A stretch of 64,000 nt of DNA, taken from assembly GCA_963664405.1 (NCBI GenBank), contig OY761158.1, positions 4,288,001-4,352,000 on the forward strand, read 5' to 3'. Under the pieces are notes generated by a model. The model made no database searches, was not told where the DNA came from, and saw only the letters and a program-made list of their open reading frames with translations. Positions 9,473 to 19,871 of this stretch are shown here, piece by piece. Position 1 is the first letter of the stretch. Each line of letters starts with the position of its first letter. The position numbers and the translations under genes were made by a program. This DNA comes from Thermoanaerobaculia bacterium (GTDB lineage: Bacteria; Acidobacteriota; Thermoanaerobaculia; Multivoradales; Multivoraceae).

Positions 9473-10996
9473 TCACTCCGGCTGCAGCTCGGCGAGGTCG
9501 AGGGTGTTGGCGCCGTCGATGATCTTGGCGAAGGCTCGCGCGACCGCTTCGATGCCGGCGGCGGGCACCAGAGGCGGGATGTCGCCGTCGGTGTGCTTGT
9601 GCTCCGGCGAGCGGATCAGCTGCACCGAAGGCGCTTCTTTGTCGATCGCCATCATCTCGCCGGTCGCCCGCCCGTCCATCGCGCCGATCACCGTTACGCC
9701 GAAGGTGTTGTATGCATCCAGGGTGATGTCGAGCAGGCGCTGGCTGCCGTTGACCCACCAACGTCGTGGCGACACGGTGTTGGTGAGACGCAGCTCGGTG
9801 TTGAAGGCGACGAACTGTGTCGGAGCGATGTGCTCGCAGTTGATCATCAGGGCCGTCTTCTCGAGCATGCCTTGGTCCCGCAGGTGGACGGCATTTGGGG
9901 AGCCGACATGATGGCCGGCGGTGCCGATGAAGGTGATGGTGCGACGCCTTTGCTTGCGGGGCAGCTGCGCGAAGTGCTCGGCCAGCCCGATCATCACCGC
10001 CATCCCGGATGCGTTGTCGAGGGCGGCGTCGTAGAAACCGTCCATGTGGGCCATTACGTAGATGGTCTCGTCGCTCATGCCCGGTAGGGTTCCGTAGATG
10101 CTCTGGCTGGTGAGACCCTCGCGGATCTCGGCGTCGATCTTCGCCGAGACGGTCACCGGCTCGCCGGTCGCCACCAGGTCGCGCAGCCTACGGCCGTCCT
10201 CGAAGCCCATGAAGAACCCGGGCGTTGCGACTGGCTCACTGACATAGCGTGACGTCCCGTCGGGGTTGCGCACCATCTGAAACGCTCTGGTGCTCTGCCA
10301 CACCGCAAGGTTGCCGCCGTAGCCCCAGATGCCAATGATGAGAGCCGCCCCGGCTTCCTGCGCACGAATCGTCGCGCCCTCCCAGGAGGCCGAGTTGCCC
10401 ATCTGTCCGGGGGCGAGCATGGTGTGGATGATGACCGCCTTTCCGGCCACCTCGCGCCCCGCGAAGTCGGCGGCGGTGCCGAGCCCGACCCAGACTGCCT
10501 CGGCCTCGATCCCGTCGAGCGAAGGTGACCTGGTGGCAGGATTCGCCGAGACGAAGCTGAGCTCCTGACCGCTCCCGTTTGCGGTCAGCCGCCAGTCGAC
10601 CGGGAACCACTGGGGTCCCAGGTCGAAGTCGACTCGATGGATGTTCTCCATTTCGAGACGACGAAAGTGCTTCTCGGTCCAGTCGGCGGCCATGACCTCG
10701 TACTCGGTGCCAGAGATCCGGCCCCAGTAGCGATTACCATCGTCCCGACTGCGCCGGGAGATGGCAACCACCTCGTTGAGCCAAGTCTTCAGGCGTCGGC
10801 CGTCGATGCGCGCATAGATCTGATCCGGACCCGAGAGCGCACGACGCAGATGGTCGTACGCCTCTTCTCGCACGTTCCCCGTGGCGTCCACCAGTGGCTG
10901 CGGTTGCGCATGGGTCGAGACGCCGAGCCCCGTCGCCACAAGCGCCGCCAGCGTGCTCCCCAGCCGGCGGTGCCCGCGTCTTTTGCTCGTCATCAT
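9473..10996 (-). CDS. Secreted M28-like peptidase with PA domain (atypical active site)
   Basis: Signal peptide, PA-type GLGTAADFAG..VAGKAV, AHMD, DNASG. Confidence 0.75.
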   Translation of the reverse strand: MMTSKRRGHRRLGSTLAALVATGLGVSTHAQPQPLVDATGNVREEAYDHLRRALSGPDQIYARIDGRRLKTWLNEVVAISRRSRDDGNRYWGRISGTEYEVMAADWTEKHFRRLEMENIHRVDFDLGPQWFPVDWRLTANGSGQELSFVSANPATRSPSLDGIEAEAVWVGLGTAADFAGREVAGKAVIIHTMLAPGQMGNSASWEGATIRAQEAGAALIIGIWGYGGNLAVWQSTRAFQMVRNPDGTSRYVSEPVATPGFFMGFEDGRRLRDLVATGEPVTVSAKIDAEIREGLTSQSIYGTLPGMSDETIYVMAHMDGFYDAALDNASGMAVMIGLAEHFAQLPRKQRRRTITFIGTAGHHVGSPNAVHLRDQGMLEKTALMINCEHIAPTQFVAFNTELRLTNTVSPRRWWVNGSQRLLDITLDAYNTFGVTVIGAMDGRATGEMMAIDKEAPSVQLIRSPEHKHTDGDIPPLVPAAGIEAVARAFAKIIDGANTLDLAELQPE

Positions 10997-11080
10997 TGGC
11001 TCCCCTTTGCTGCCGCCGAATTACTGTCGGATCTTGCCCGAATATACTAGTGGACATCACCCATATCCGAGGGAGCAAGA

Positions 11081-11956
11081 ATGAAACTCGAACGCCTGGC
11101 CACGCTGGTTTTTGTGATGATCGCGGTTTCGCCCACTCTAGGTGCGCCGGCTCGTTCGCAACAGAGCGCCCCCTCGCTCGACGCTCTCGACGGCGTTGTG
11201 GCGACTCGCGACTTAGACTACTTGGCCGGCACCGACTACGCCGAGGATAAGGACAAGCTGGATATCTTCATGCCCAAGGGCGTAGCGGGTGCACCCGTCG
11301 TCGTCTTTTTCCATGGTGGTGCGCTGATGAACGGGAGCAAAGCCCAGGGCGAGCTCCTGGCGAGGCGATTGGTGCCGAAGGGAGTGGGCGTCGCCTCAGC
11401 CAACTACCGGCTCTCGCCCGGGGTGATGCATCCCGCGCACATCCAGGACGCCGCGGCCGCATTCGCCTGGGTCACCAACAACATCGCCCGTTTCGGCGGC
11501 GACTCCGATCGCGTCTACCTCTCGGGTCACTCCGCGGGGGCGTATCTGGCCGCTCTCTTGGCAATCGATCCGGCGCACCTCGCGGCCCACGATCTCGGGC
11601 TGGACGCGATTCGAGGCACCATCCCGATCAGCCCCTTCCTCTACGTCGAAGAGACCGCCAAGGAGCGGGACAAGAGCGTCTGGGGTGAGGATCCCCAGGC
11701 ATGGCTCAAGGCGTCGGTCACGCCCCACATCGGAGGCGGCAAGGGGCGACTGCTCCTCATCTACGCCGACGCCGACGACGATTGGCGCAAGCGGCAGAAC
11801 GAGACCTTCACCAAGTCGATGCGCGCGGCGGGGAACAGCGACATTCGCGCAGTGGAAGTGCCGAAGCGCAACCACGGCTCGCTGATGACCAAGATCAACG
11901 AGGCCGACGACCAGATCGTTGGTCTCGCACTGAGGTTCATCAAAGGGTCTGAGTAG
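11081..11956 (+). CDS. Secreted alpha/beta hydrolase (HSL-like esterase)
   Basis: HGGA, NYRL, GHSAG nucleophile elbow. Confidence 0.85.
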   Translation: MKLERLATLVFVMIAVSPTLGAPARSQQSAPSLDALDGVVATRDLDYLAGTDYAEDKDKLDIFMPKGVAGAPVVVFFHGGALMNGSKAQGELLARRLVPKGVGVASANYRLSPGVMHPAHIQDAAAAFAWVTNNIARFGGDSDRVYLSGHSAGAYLAALLAIDPAHLAAHDLGLDAIRGTIPISPFLYVEETAKERDKSVWGEDPQAWLKASVTPHIGGGKGRLLLIYADADDDWRKRQNETFTKSMRAAGNSDIRAVEVPKRNHGSLMTKINEADDQIVGLALRFIKGSE

Positions 11957-11965
11957 AGGGCTTCT

Positions 11966-12484
11966 CTGAAGTACGCGCGAATCGAATGTGAGCGTCGCTT
12001 TCTGGTTCGTGCGATGCCGGCGGAGCCGGATCTCGAGTCGGGGTTCCGAGAGATTCGAGATCTCTACATCGAAGGGACTCACCTTCGGCTTCGAGAGGTC
12101 CGCGCTGCTGACGGATCGCCGGAGCGGTTCAAGCTCACCCAGAAGCTTGGGACCGACTCAGCTCTCGCCACCCAGATCACCAATCTCTACGTCAGCGAGG
12201 CTGAGCACGCGCTGCTTGCTCAGCTACCGGGACGCACTCTCTTGAAGCGTCGTTACTCTTTCGAGTGCGCGAGTGCCCGCTTTGGAATCGACCGGTTTCT
12301 CGGGCAGCTCGAGGGACTGATCCTCGCCGAAGTCGAAGGTAGCTCAGCCGCCGAGCTCGCGGCCATTCCGTCCCCACCTTTCGCTCACTGTGAGGTCACG
12401 GACAGCCCGGCATTCACCGGTGGTGAGCTCGCATACGCAGAACCGGCGGACGTTCTAGCGTTGATGGCACGACTGCTGGGCTAG
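11966..12484 (+). CDS. CYTH-domain protein (start uncertain)
   Basis: KYARIECERRFLV in frame upstream of ATG 12014, KLTQK, KRRY, LILAEVE. Confidence 0.7.
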   Translation: MKYARIECERRFLVRAMPAEPDLESGFREIRDLYIEGTHLRLREVRAADGSPERFKLTQKLGTDSALATQITNLYVSEAEHALLAQLPGRTLLKRRYSFECASARFGIDRFLGQLEGLILAEVEGSSAAELAAIPSPPFAHCEVTDSPAFTGGELAYAEPADVLALMARLLG

Positions 12485-12497
12485 AGCAAGACGGTAC

Positions 12498-13685
12498 TCA
12501 AGCAAGCAAAAGCAAGAGCTCACGCTGGGGCTCCGCTCCGCTGATCTCCGCCCGCTCCGGGGTGAGTACCACATTGATCTCGCTCCGCACCCCGAAGTCC
12601 CCGGGAAAGTAGATTCCAGGCTCGATCGAGAAACCGGTCATCGACTGCAGGCGGCGATCGTCGTGGGTCTCGAGGTCGTCCATGTTCGCCCCCTGGCCGT
12701 GATCGCTGATGCCGATCGAGTGACCGGTGCGATGGATGAAGTACTCGCCATAGCCCTCCGACTCGATGATTCCGCGCGCCGCGTTGTCGACTTCATAACC
12801 GTGGATGGCCTGCGCCGGATAGCGCGAAGAGATCAACTGAAAGGCAGCGTCGCGCGCCCGCGCAACGATCCCGAAGATCTCCCGCTGGCGAGCGGTGGCC
12901 TCGGCCGCGCAAACTCCGCACCAGGTGATGTCGGCATAGACGCTGCGGGCCTCGCGCTCTTTGGCCCACAGGTCGATGAGGAGAAAATCCCCCTTCTCGA
13001 TCATCGAGCTCGCGTCGGCCGTCGGTTGGTAGTGAGGGTCGGCACTGTGAGCGTTGACCGCAACGATCGGGGACGACTCGGCCCACAGGCCGGCGCGCTC
13101 GAAACCTTCGAGGATGAATAACTGCACTTCGTACTCGCTGATCTTGGTGCTGTCGCTGAGGGCGTTGCCGACGCGATTCATGGCTGCTCGTGCGAGCTCG
13201 TGTAGGACCTTGCAAGTGCTTTGGTGGCCTGCGAGCTGATCTTCGTCCCAGGAGGCCGCGAAAAGCTGGATCAGCTCCGCCGAAGAGACGAGCTCGATGC
13301 CGTCTTCGCGCAGCAGTTCGGCGGTTCCCGCATCGAGGCGAGACACCGTTGGAAGTTGGTTTCCTGGGCTGTACTGAGCGGCCAACCTCTTCATTCCTGC
13401 GACGAGCTCGGCGAGAGCGGATCGATGCTCTTTCCAGGTGAGATAGCGGGCTTTGGTACCGGGAAGCAGGTCGAGCATCCCCGGCTCGAGGCGATGCACG
13501 AGCCGCCGCGGCTCTCCGACTGCCGGGACCAGGTAGTAGCAGCGACGAGTGACGAGGTGATCGCCGACGAGGTCCAGAAGCTCGAGACTCACCGGGTCGT
13601 TGTGCTGAAAGCAGGCGAAGAGCCAACCGTCGAGCCCCTCTTTGCGGAGCGCCTCCTGGATGGCTTCGATGCGATCGGCGATCAT
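12498..13685 (-). CDS. M24 family Xaa-Pro aminopeptidase
   Basis: DPHY, IDLW, YADIT, HRTGHSIG, IEPGIY, RSE. Confidence 0.9.
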   Translation of the reverse strand: MIADRIEAIQEALRKEGLDGWLFACFQHNDPVSLELLDLVGDHLVTRRCYYLVPAVGEPRRLVHRLEPGMLDLLPGTKARYLTWKEHRSALAELVAGMKRLAAQYSPGNQLPTVSRLDAGTAELLREDGIELVSSAELIQLFAASWDEDQLAGHQSTCKVLHELARAAMNRVGNALSDSTKISEYEVQLFILEGFERAGLWAESSPIVAVNAHSADPHYQPTADASSMIEKGDFLLIDLWAKEREARSVYADITWCGVCAAEATARQREIFGIVARARDAAFQLISSRYPAQAIHGYEVDNAARGIIESEGYGEYFIHRTGHSIGISDHGQGANMDDLETHDDRRLQSMTGFSIEPGIYFPGDFGVRSEINVVLTPERAEISGAEPQRELLLLLA

Positions 13686-13704
13686 GTCTCTTTCACGCTA
13701 CTCG

Positions 13705-15087
13705 TCATTGGAAGGATCGACCGCCGATGACCGCCCAGATGACCCAGCCGATCGCGACCGGGCTGACCACGCGTAGGAGAAAACGCCACAGCGGGTACAA
13801 ATTGAAAGAGCCGTGCCCCTCTTCGAGCTCTTCTCGGGTGAGCTTGGCGCTCAAGAACCAGCCGGTGAAAATGGCAATGAGGAATCCGCCCACTGGGAGG
13901 ATCCAGTTGGAGGCTAGATAGTCGAGAGTGTTGAAAACGCCGCCGTTCAGTACCTGGCTGAGGAAAGGGCTGGCACCGAGGCTGAGCGCGGCAGGCACTC
14001 CGACCAGAAAGATGCCGACACCGATGAGAAGAGTCGCCCGCTTCCTTGTCCAATGTCTGATGTCGATGAAATAGGAGACAACGACCTCGAGTATGGAAAT
14101 GGTGGAGGTGAGCGCCGCGAACGAGACCAAAAGATAGAAGAGCGGGGCGAGCACACTTCCGAACGGCAGAGCGTAGAACATGCGCGGGAGAGTCGTGAAC
14201 AGGATTGTCGCGCTCTTCGAAAAGGTGTCGGCGCGAGCCGCTTCCGGAACGCTGAAGATGATCGAGAACATGATGATGCAGGCTGACATCCCCATCGCGG
14301 TGTCGAGGATGCAGACGGTGGCCGCAGCCCGCGGGATGGACTGCTTGCGGGAAATGTAGGAGCCGTAGGTGATCATTGCTCCCATCCCCAGAGACAGGGT
14401 AAAAAAGGCGTGGCCGACGGCTTCGAGAACATTCGAGGCCGAGATCGGGCTGATGTGGAAGAGAAAGCGGAGGGCTTCTCCGAACCCGGGAGCGAAGAAC
14501 GAGTTCACCACCAGCAGGGCGACAATGCCCCCCAGGATGGGCATCAAGGTCTTGGTGACGCGTTCGATGCCGGCGCGGACGCCGAGAACGACGACTCCCA
14601 TCGTTGCAGCCATGAAGAAGGCGTGGAAACCGAGTTGGAGCGGGGTGTTGACGAGGAACTGGCCGAAGTCCTCCCCGAGATTGTCGGCGATCTGGTCGGT
14701 GAAGCCGGTCATCGACCACAACAGGCAGCGTCCGAAGTAGTAGACCGTCCAGCCGGCGATCACCGAGTAGTAGGAGAGGATGACTCCACCACCGAGTACC
14801 CCGAACCACCCCACGATCGACCAGGCCCTCCCACCGGGGAGACCTTGGCTTAGCTTGGTGAACGCACCGACGGGACTCAGCTGCGTATGGCGGCCGATCA
14901 GAATCTCGGCGAACATGATCGGTGCGCCGATGAGAAGCACCGCGGCGAGGTAGATGAGGACGAAGCTGCCGCCCTCGTTCTCGTAGGTGATGTAAGGGAA
15001 CTTCCAAATATTGCCCAGGCCGATGGCCGAGCCGGCGGCGGCCAAGACGAATCCCACACGCCCGAAGGTCCCTCTTTGCTCAGCCAT
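13705..15087 (-). CDS. Sodium-dependent transporter (NSS/SNF family)
   Basis: AGSAIGLGNIWKFPY, FFTLSLGMGAMITYGSY, FAALTS. Confidence 0.92.
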   Translation of the reverse strand: MAEQRGTFGRVGFVLAAAGSAIGLGNIWKFPYITYENEGGSFVLIYLAAVLLIGAPIMFAEILIGRHTQLSPVGAFTKLSQGLPGGRAWSIVGWFGVLGGGVILSYYSVIAGWTVYYFGRCLLWSMTGFTDQIADNLGEDFGQFLVNTPLQLGFHAFFMAATMGVVVLGVRAGIERVTKTLMPILGGIVALLVVNSFFAPGFGEALRFLFHISPISASNVLEAVGHAFFTLSLGMGAMITYGSYISRKQSIPRAAATVCILDTAMGMSACIIMFSIIFSVPEAARADTFSKSATILFTTLPRMFYALPFGSVLAPLFYLLVSFAALTSTISILEVVVSYFIDIRHWTRKRATLLIGVGIFLVGVPAALSLGASPFLSQVLNGGVFNTLDYLASNWILPVGGFLIAIFTGWFLSAKLTREELEEGHGSFNLYPLWRFLLRVVSPVAIGWVIWAVIGGRSFQ

Positions 15088-15095
15088 TTAGCGTG

Positions 15096-18000
15096 TCAGT
15101 CGCCTATGTTCACAGGTGCGGCGAGGGACTCTAGCACGGCGCTACGGGGTCGACCTGGCGTCGGGCTTTCGACTTTGCGAGTGAGCCATTCCTGGCGGTA
15201 GCGGCGCAGCTCCGGGGTCTCAGGATAGGTAGTTCCCGCCGGATAGGGGTAGCTCCCCATGGCGCGGAACGGCAGCGGCTCCATTTGGTCCGCCTCCCAG
15301 GTATTGCGGTCGGCGTCCTTGTTCCAACCGTGACTCTCGAGGAAGACGGTACGGCGCCAACCCGTAGCGAGCGGCGGAAGCTCGGCGGTGTCGAAGCGGA
15401 GGCTGAGCTCGTCTCCAGCGGCGAGGATCACCTGTCGGTCGTCGTCGTCGATGAGAAGCTCCCGAACGTCACCGTAGCGAGTGTAGTTGCCCTCGAGGGC
15501 GAGCCAAGGACTCTGGCTCGAGACCCTGGTGTAGTCGAAGCCGTGGGGCGCGTTAGGGGCCGTACGAGTCAGCGAAGAGAAGCCTCGGAAGTGGAGATCC
15601 GCCCGCGTTGGGTCGAGGCGCGCTATGACCTTCGCACCCTCGTCTCGAGGCGCGGTGCTCCAGGCGATCCGGTCCCAGTGCAGCCAGCGCGAGGTGACGA
15701 TGCGGAGCTGGTGCACGTTGGGAGGTAGGGGCGGGGTGTCGATCACCATCGTCTTTGTTTTTCCGGCCGGATGACCCATCTTTGGCATCAGTACTTTCCA
15801 ACCCGCCTCGGTCTTCATCTCGAGACGAGTGAGAATCGGTTTGCGCTGGCGCTGATCGATCGCCAGATTGAGGCTGGCGTCGGCGGGGAAGATCCAGCCG
15901 TCGAGTAGAAGTCGCACCGAGCCGGCCGGTGCCGCTCCGAGGTCGAGGGTGAAGGTCCACGGTTTTCGCGCTACGCCCTGATAGGCACCGATGCCGTAGC
16001 CGTCGGCGTAGACCTCGTCGCGATCGCGAACGAGGGTGGTGACGTCTTCCCCTTGCCCGTCCCAGGCGGCTTTCAGGGGGCGTACCCTAGCGGTCGCGAG
16101 AACCCGATCTTCGACAGATTCGCCCGGGATGATGCGCAAGCTGGAGGCAACCTCGAGCTCCGCTGGATGGTCGACGACCCAGAGCCGAGTGAGGTCGAAG
16201 AATGCCGCCTCCCAGAGCTCCTCTGTGATGCGTAGATCGTAGCTCCCATCCCGCTCGCTCGCTCCGTCAACACGCACGAGCTCGGTCATGTCGTAGCCCG
16301 CCCAGACTCCCTCCGCAACCGGCATACCCAAGGGGGCCCCCCACAGAAGATCTGTGACAAAGCGGACCCCCTCGCCGGTCTCGGTGTAGAGGAAGGGGCA
16401 GCTTCCTTTCAACACCTGCTCCTCGACGATGCGCTGCTCCTCACAGGGCCTGATGCGGTTCTGGGGAACGCCATTGGTCCACGTTACTCGGAGCAGGTCG
16501 GGGCAGTCGATCTCGCCCAGCCCGATGTGGCTGACTTCGGAAGTGACCTCGCGGTACTGATAGGCATCGCCGGCAAAGATCTCCAGCTGAGCGCCGAGGC
16601 CGAGGAGGTTGTTTTTGCCGTTGCCTTTGTCCAGCCCGACCAACGAGACTTCCAGCCAGCGGTTCTGGTTACCGCCGAAGTTCTCCAGCCGGTAGAGCCC
16701 GCCGGGGCCGGTGACCACCAGGTCGATGTCGCCGTCGAGGTCGAGATCACCGGCGCCGAGGCCGAGGATCTCTCCTTGTATGGGGTTCTCGAGGGTGGTG
16801 CGCAGAAAGATCCCTTCCTTGGGCTGGGTGAGAACGATGAGCCCCTCCGGCCCGGCGGCTACGATGTCCATGCGGCCGTCGTTGTCGGCGTCGATGTCCA
16901 GGAGCGTGTTGAAAACGCTGGTGCGTGGAATATCCCCTCTCACCTCCCACGGCTCGAAACGGTGGCCTCGATTGCGCCAGAAGCGGAGCCCCGTGCTGGC
17001 GCTGACCAGATCGGGTAGGCCGTCGTTATCGAGATCGACGCTGAGCAGGTCGTGAGCGGTGCCGATCTGGTCCAAGCCGGCAGCTGTGGTGCGGTCCGCG
17101 AAGCGCCCTTGGCGTAGGTTGTCGAGAAAGAAGGCGCCCTCTTCCGCGACACCGTAGAGATCGAGATCGCCATCGCGGTCGAGGTCGCTGGCGCTGAGCT
17201 TCTTGATGGCGGTAGGACCAACGCTGGTGAGCACTCCGGGCCCCAGGGGCTGCAGCGGGCCTTCGAGTGCGTTGCGGAAGAGCTCGATTCCCGAAGTGGC
17301 CGAGCTTGCCGCTGCGAGGTCCAGATCACCTTCGCTGTCGTAGTCGAAGGCGGCCAGCACGTGGGCCTCGGCGCCCTCGGCGAAGAAGGCCTCGGTCGCC
17401 TCCTCGAATCCTCCCTGGCTGTTTCCCTTCCATACCTCGAGCCTTTCACCGTAGCCCACGAGATCGATCGCGCCGTCGTTATCGAGATCGATGGCTTGGA
17501 GACCGGTAACAGCTCTGGCAGAGAGAGTGGAGCTGACGGCGTGCTGATCTCGCGACAGCCTCAACTCGAGTACGCTCCGGTCCCCTGTCGAGATACGAGC
17601 GATGTCCGGCCGGCTGTCAGCGTCTAGGTCCGCTACTACCAAGGCTCGCCCGGAGCCCGCAGTGGGGTCGAGCGTCGAGCCGCGAAAGCGAATCGCCGAC
17701 GCGGCGCCAAAGGTTCGTCGCTCGGGCTCGTCCACGAAGCGTGCCACCGGAACGCCCTGAATGCCGGTAGTGAGCTCGCGCAGGCTGTTCTGGAACATCG
17801 CTTCTTGCTTGAGCACGTTCTCGACAATGAAGGCGGGACGGCCTGCTGCCTCTAGGTCGTTGCGCTCCAGAGCCTCGAGAACGAGCGCCACTTGCTGCTG
17901 AGGAAGACCGGGGGTCCGCCAGACCAGCTCGCGCACTCGAAGAAACGAGCGTGTGGCGAGCGCTCGGTCGTTGTTGGCGACGGCGTACTGGCCCAACTTC

Positions 18001-18506
18001 AGCAGCACATAGAGATTCTCAGGTCGGAGATCAGCCAGACTCAAGAGGACGCGATTCGCCTGCCTCTCGGCTTCGTCTCCGCGCATCGCCGTCGCTTGGC
18101 GATAGAGGGCATGTGCGATCTCCAGATCGTCCGGGTCGGCATCGTGCGCTGCGCTAAGAGTGGCGAGAGCCTCCTCCCTGGCGCCACCCCAGACAAAGAT
18201 CTCACCTTTGATCGCCAGTAGGTCGGCTCGACCGGGGGCGAGCTCGAGGGCGCGATCGATGGCCGCCTCGCCTTCGTCGAGCTGCTGTCGACGCAACAGG
18301 GCGATCGCCAGGTTCGCATGTCCCAAGGGTTCTTCGGGGAGGAGCTCGACCAGGCGGCGGTAGTGCTCCTCCGCTGCCGCCGGTCGCTCGTTCTCGAGCT
18401 CGGCAAGTCCGAGGTTGCGAAGCTCGAGGGCCTCGGGGGGAGGGACTGCTGCGGAGCTCGCAGCGAACGAGGCCACGAGCAGCATGGCAAGAATGGGCCG
18501 AAGCAT
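15096..18506 (-). CDS. Secreted TPR + FG-GAP/VCBS + ASPIC/UnbV protein
   Basis: N-terminal TPRs, multiple DLDxDGxxD repeats, [10 protein letters not shown]...GLGA..HIGLG, C-terminal SCPFLY...KDAD region. Confidence 0.85.
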   Translation of the reverse strand: MLRPILAMLLVASFAASSAAVPPPEALELRNLGLAELENERPAAAEEHYRRLVELLPEEPLGHANLAIALLRRQQLDEGEAAIDRALELAPGRADLLAIKGEIFVWGGAREEALATLSAAHDADPDDLEIAHALYRQATAMRGDEAERQANRVLLSLADLRPENLYVLLKLGQYAVANNDRALATRSFLRVRELVWRTPGLPQQQVALVLEALERNDLEAAGRPAFIVENVLKQEAMFQNSLRELTTGIQGVPVARFVDEPERRTFGAASAIRFRGSTLDPTAGSGRALVVADLDADSRPDIARISTGDRSVLELRLSRDQHAVSSTLSARAVTGLQAIDLDNDGAIDLVGYGERLEVWKGNSQGGFEEATEAFFAEGAEAHVLAAFDYDSEGDLDLAAASSATSGIELFRNALEGPLQPLGPGVLTSVGPTAIKKLSASDLDRDGDLDLYGVAEEGAFFLDNLRQGRFADRTTAAGLDQIGTAHDLLSVDLDNDGLPDLVSASTGLRFWRNRGHRFEPWEVRGDIPRTSVFNTLLDIDADNDGRMDIVAAGPEGLIVLTQPKEGIFLRTTLENPIQGEILGLGAGDLDLDGDIDLVVTGPGGLYRLENFGGNQNRWLEVSLVGLDKGNGKNNLLGLGAQLEIFAGDAYQYREVTSEVSHIGLGEIDCPDLLRVTWTNGVPQNRIRPCEEQRIVEEQVLKGSCPFLYTETGEGVRFVTDLLWGAPLGMPVAEGVWAGYDMTELVRVDGASERDGSYDLRITEELWEAAFFDLTRLWVVDHPAELEVASSLRIIPGESVEDRVLATARVRPLKAAWDGQGEDVTTLVRDRDEVYADGYGIGAYQGVARKPWTFTLDLGAAPAGSVRLLLDGWIFPADASLNLAIDQRQRKPILTRLEMKTEAGWKVLMPKMGHPAGKTKTMVIDTPPLPPNVHQLRIVTSRWLHWDRIAWSTAPRDEGAKVIARLDPTRADLHFRGFSSLTRTAPNAPHGFDYTRVSSQSPWLALEGNYTRYGDVRELLIDDDDRQVILAAGDELSLRFDTAELPPLATGWRRTVFLESHGWNKDADRNTWEADQMEPLPFRAMGSYPYPAGTTYPETPELRRYRQEWLTRKVESPTPGRPRSAVLESLAAPVNIGD

Positions 18507-18554
18507 GGCACGATCTTACCTCCGAGCAGTCCTCCAGGAGATCGACCCCGACTC

Positions 18555-19325
18555 ATGTTCGAACGCTTCTTCCAATTGCAGTCAAACGGCACCAGCGTCG
18601 GCCGCGAGGTCAGAGCGGGTATTAACCACCTTTCTGACCATGGCCTACATTCTCTTTGTCAATCCGCAGATTCTGGCCGATGCAGGAATGCCAGCCGAGG
18701 ATGTCGCGGTTGCGACAGCGCTGGCCGCGGCGGTCGGGACGGCGATCATGGGTCTGGTGGCCCGCTATCCCTTCGCGTTGGCGCCGGGAATGGGTTTGAA
18801 CTCCTACTTTGCTTACGGTGTGGTCGGTGGACTGGGGGTGAGTTGACAAGTAGCTCTTGGCGCTGTCTTCGTAGAGGGCGTTCTGTTCATGCTGCTCTCC
18901 CTCGGTGGCTTCCGGCGGAGGCTTCTCGCCGCGGTTCCGATGAGCTTGAAACAGGCGGCGATGGTCGGCATAGGCCTCTTTCTCGCCTTCATCGGCTTAC
19001 GCAACGGAGGCATCGTCGAGGCCGATCCTGCCACCATCGTCCGCCTCGGTGATCCGACCTCCGGAGAGTTGTGCTGACTCTGTGTGGTCTTCTGGCGGTG
19101 GCGGTTCTAGTCGCGCGTAGAGTTCCCGGTGCGATCTTGCTCGGCATGATCGGGGCTGCGTGCGTCGGTTGGGGAACCGGTCTTTCGCCCGCTCCGGCGG
19201 GTCTTCTTTCGCGTCCACAGCTACCTCAGACAACCTTCTTTGCCCTCGACTTTCAAGATCTGGCCAGCGGAGCTTTGGTTGTGGCTGTGCTCGCCTTTCT
19301 CTTCTGTCTCTATCTCAAACCCTAG
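18555..19325 (+). pseudogene. NCS2/AzgA purine permease, disrupted and 3'-truncated
   Basis: [27 protein letters not shown]; frameshifts ~18622 and ~19068, in-frame TGA 18844, ends beside the MITE. Confidence 0.8.
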
Positions 19326-19340
19326 ACCCGCGTATCCGAA

Positions 19341-19507
19341 CTAGACCAGCGTTTCCAAAGTCGCGCTACAATAGCTCGCGGTCATTCTGTTCGCTGGCAA
19401 GGCGCGCCGACGTAGGCATATTGGGGAATATGTCGAGGAGGCGCAACGCCGCCAGCGGGGCAGAACGGGCCGAGATATGTAGCGCTACTTTGGAAACGCT
19501 GGTCTAG
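19341..19507. mobile_element. MITE-like element with 30-bp terminal inverted repeats, CTAG at both ends
   Basis: CTAGACCAGCGTTTCCAAAGTCGCGCTACA vs reverse complement of 19478-19507: 29/30 identical; no transposase inside. Confidence 0.75.
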
Positions 19508-19848
19508 CCTTCGCCGTCATTGCAGCTGGCCCTGACGCCGTCGGGCCAGGTATCGAGGGCGATCGCAAGGCCTTGGCGGTTGGGCGTCGTTGCGATGAGA
19601 GGGACGACAAGGGCGATGAAGGCCAGGATACGGGCAGCCTTGCCCGCCGGTGCGAAGCCGAAGAAGAGGATGACGATGGGAATCACGACGAAGACCCGAT
19701 CGAGCACCACCCAGAACCCCCAGGTGTCGCCGCCACTTTCTTCGAAGCGAAGATCGCACTCCGGGCATGCCTCCTTCGCGTTCATCCAGCGCTCGAAGAT
19801 GACGCTGCCGCCACAGCGCGGGCAGCGCCGGAGCAGGCCTCTCCACAT
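19504..19848 (-). CDS. DUF983-like zinc-ribbon membrane protein (probable 3' frameshift)
   Basis: RCPRCG...CPECDLRF plus two TM segments; alternate frame gives ...YLARRRQGQLQ* ending at 19517. Confidence 0.7.
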   Translation of the reverse strand: MWRGLLRRCPRCGGSVIFERWMNAKEACPECDLRFEESGGDTWGFWVVLDRVFVVIPIVILFFGFAPAGKAARILAFIALVVPLIATTPNRQGLAIALDTWPDGVRASCNDGEG

Positions 19849-19871
19849 TGCTACTCGTGGGCTCGGAGGCG

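Noticed and set aside
18844-18846. In-frame TGA in the NCS2 permease near selB as selenocysteine
   Set aside because: It falls at a position normally Trp (SWQ.ALGAVF), the gene has other lesions, and no convincing SECIS hairpin is visible
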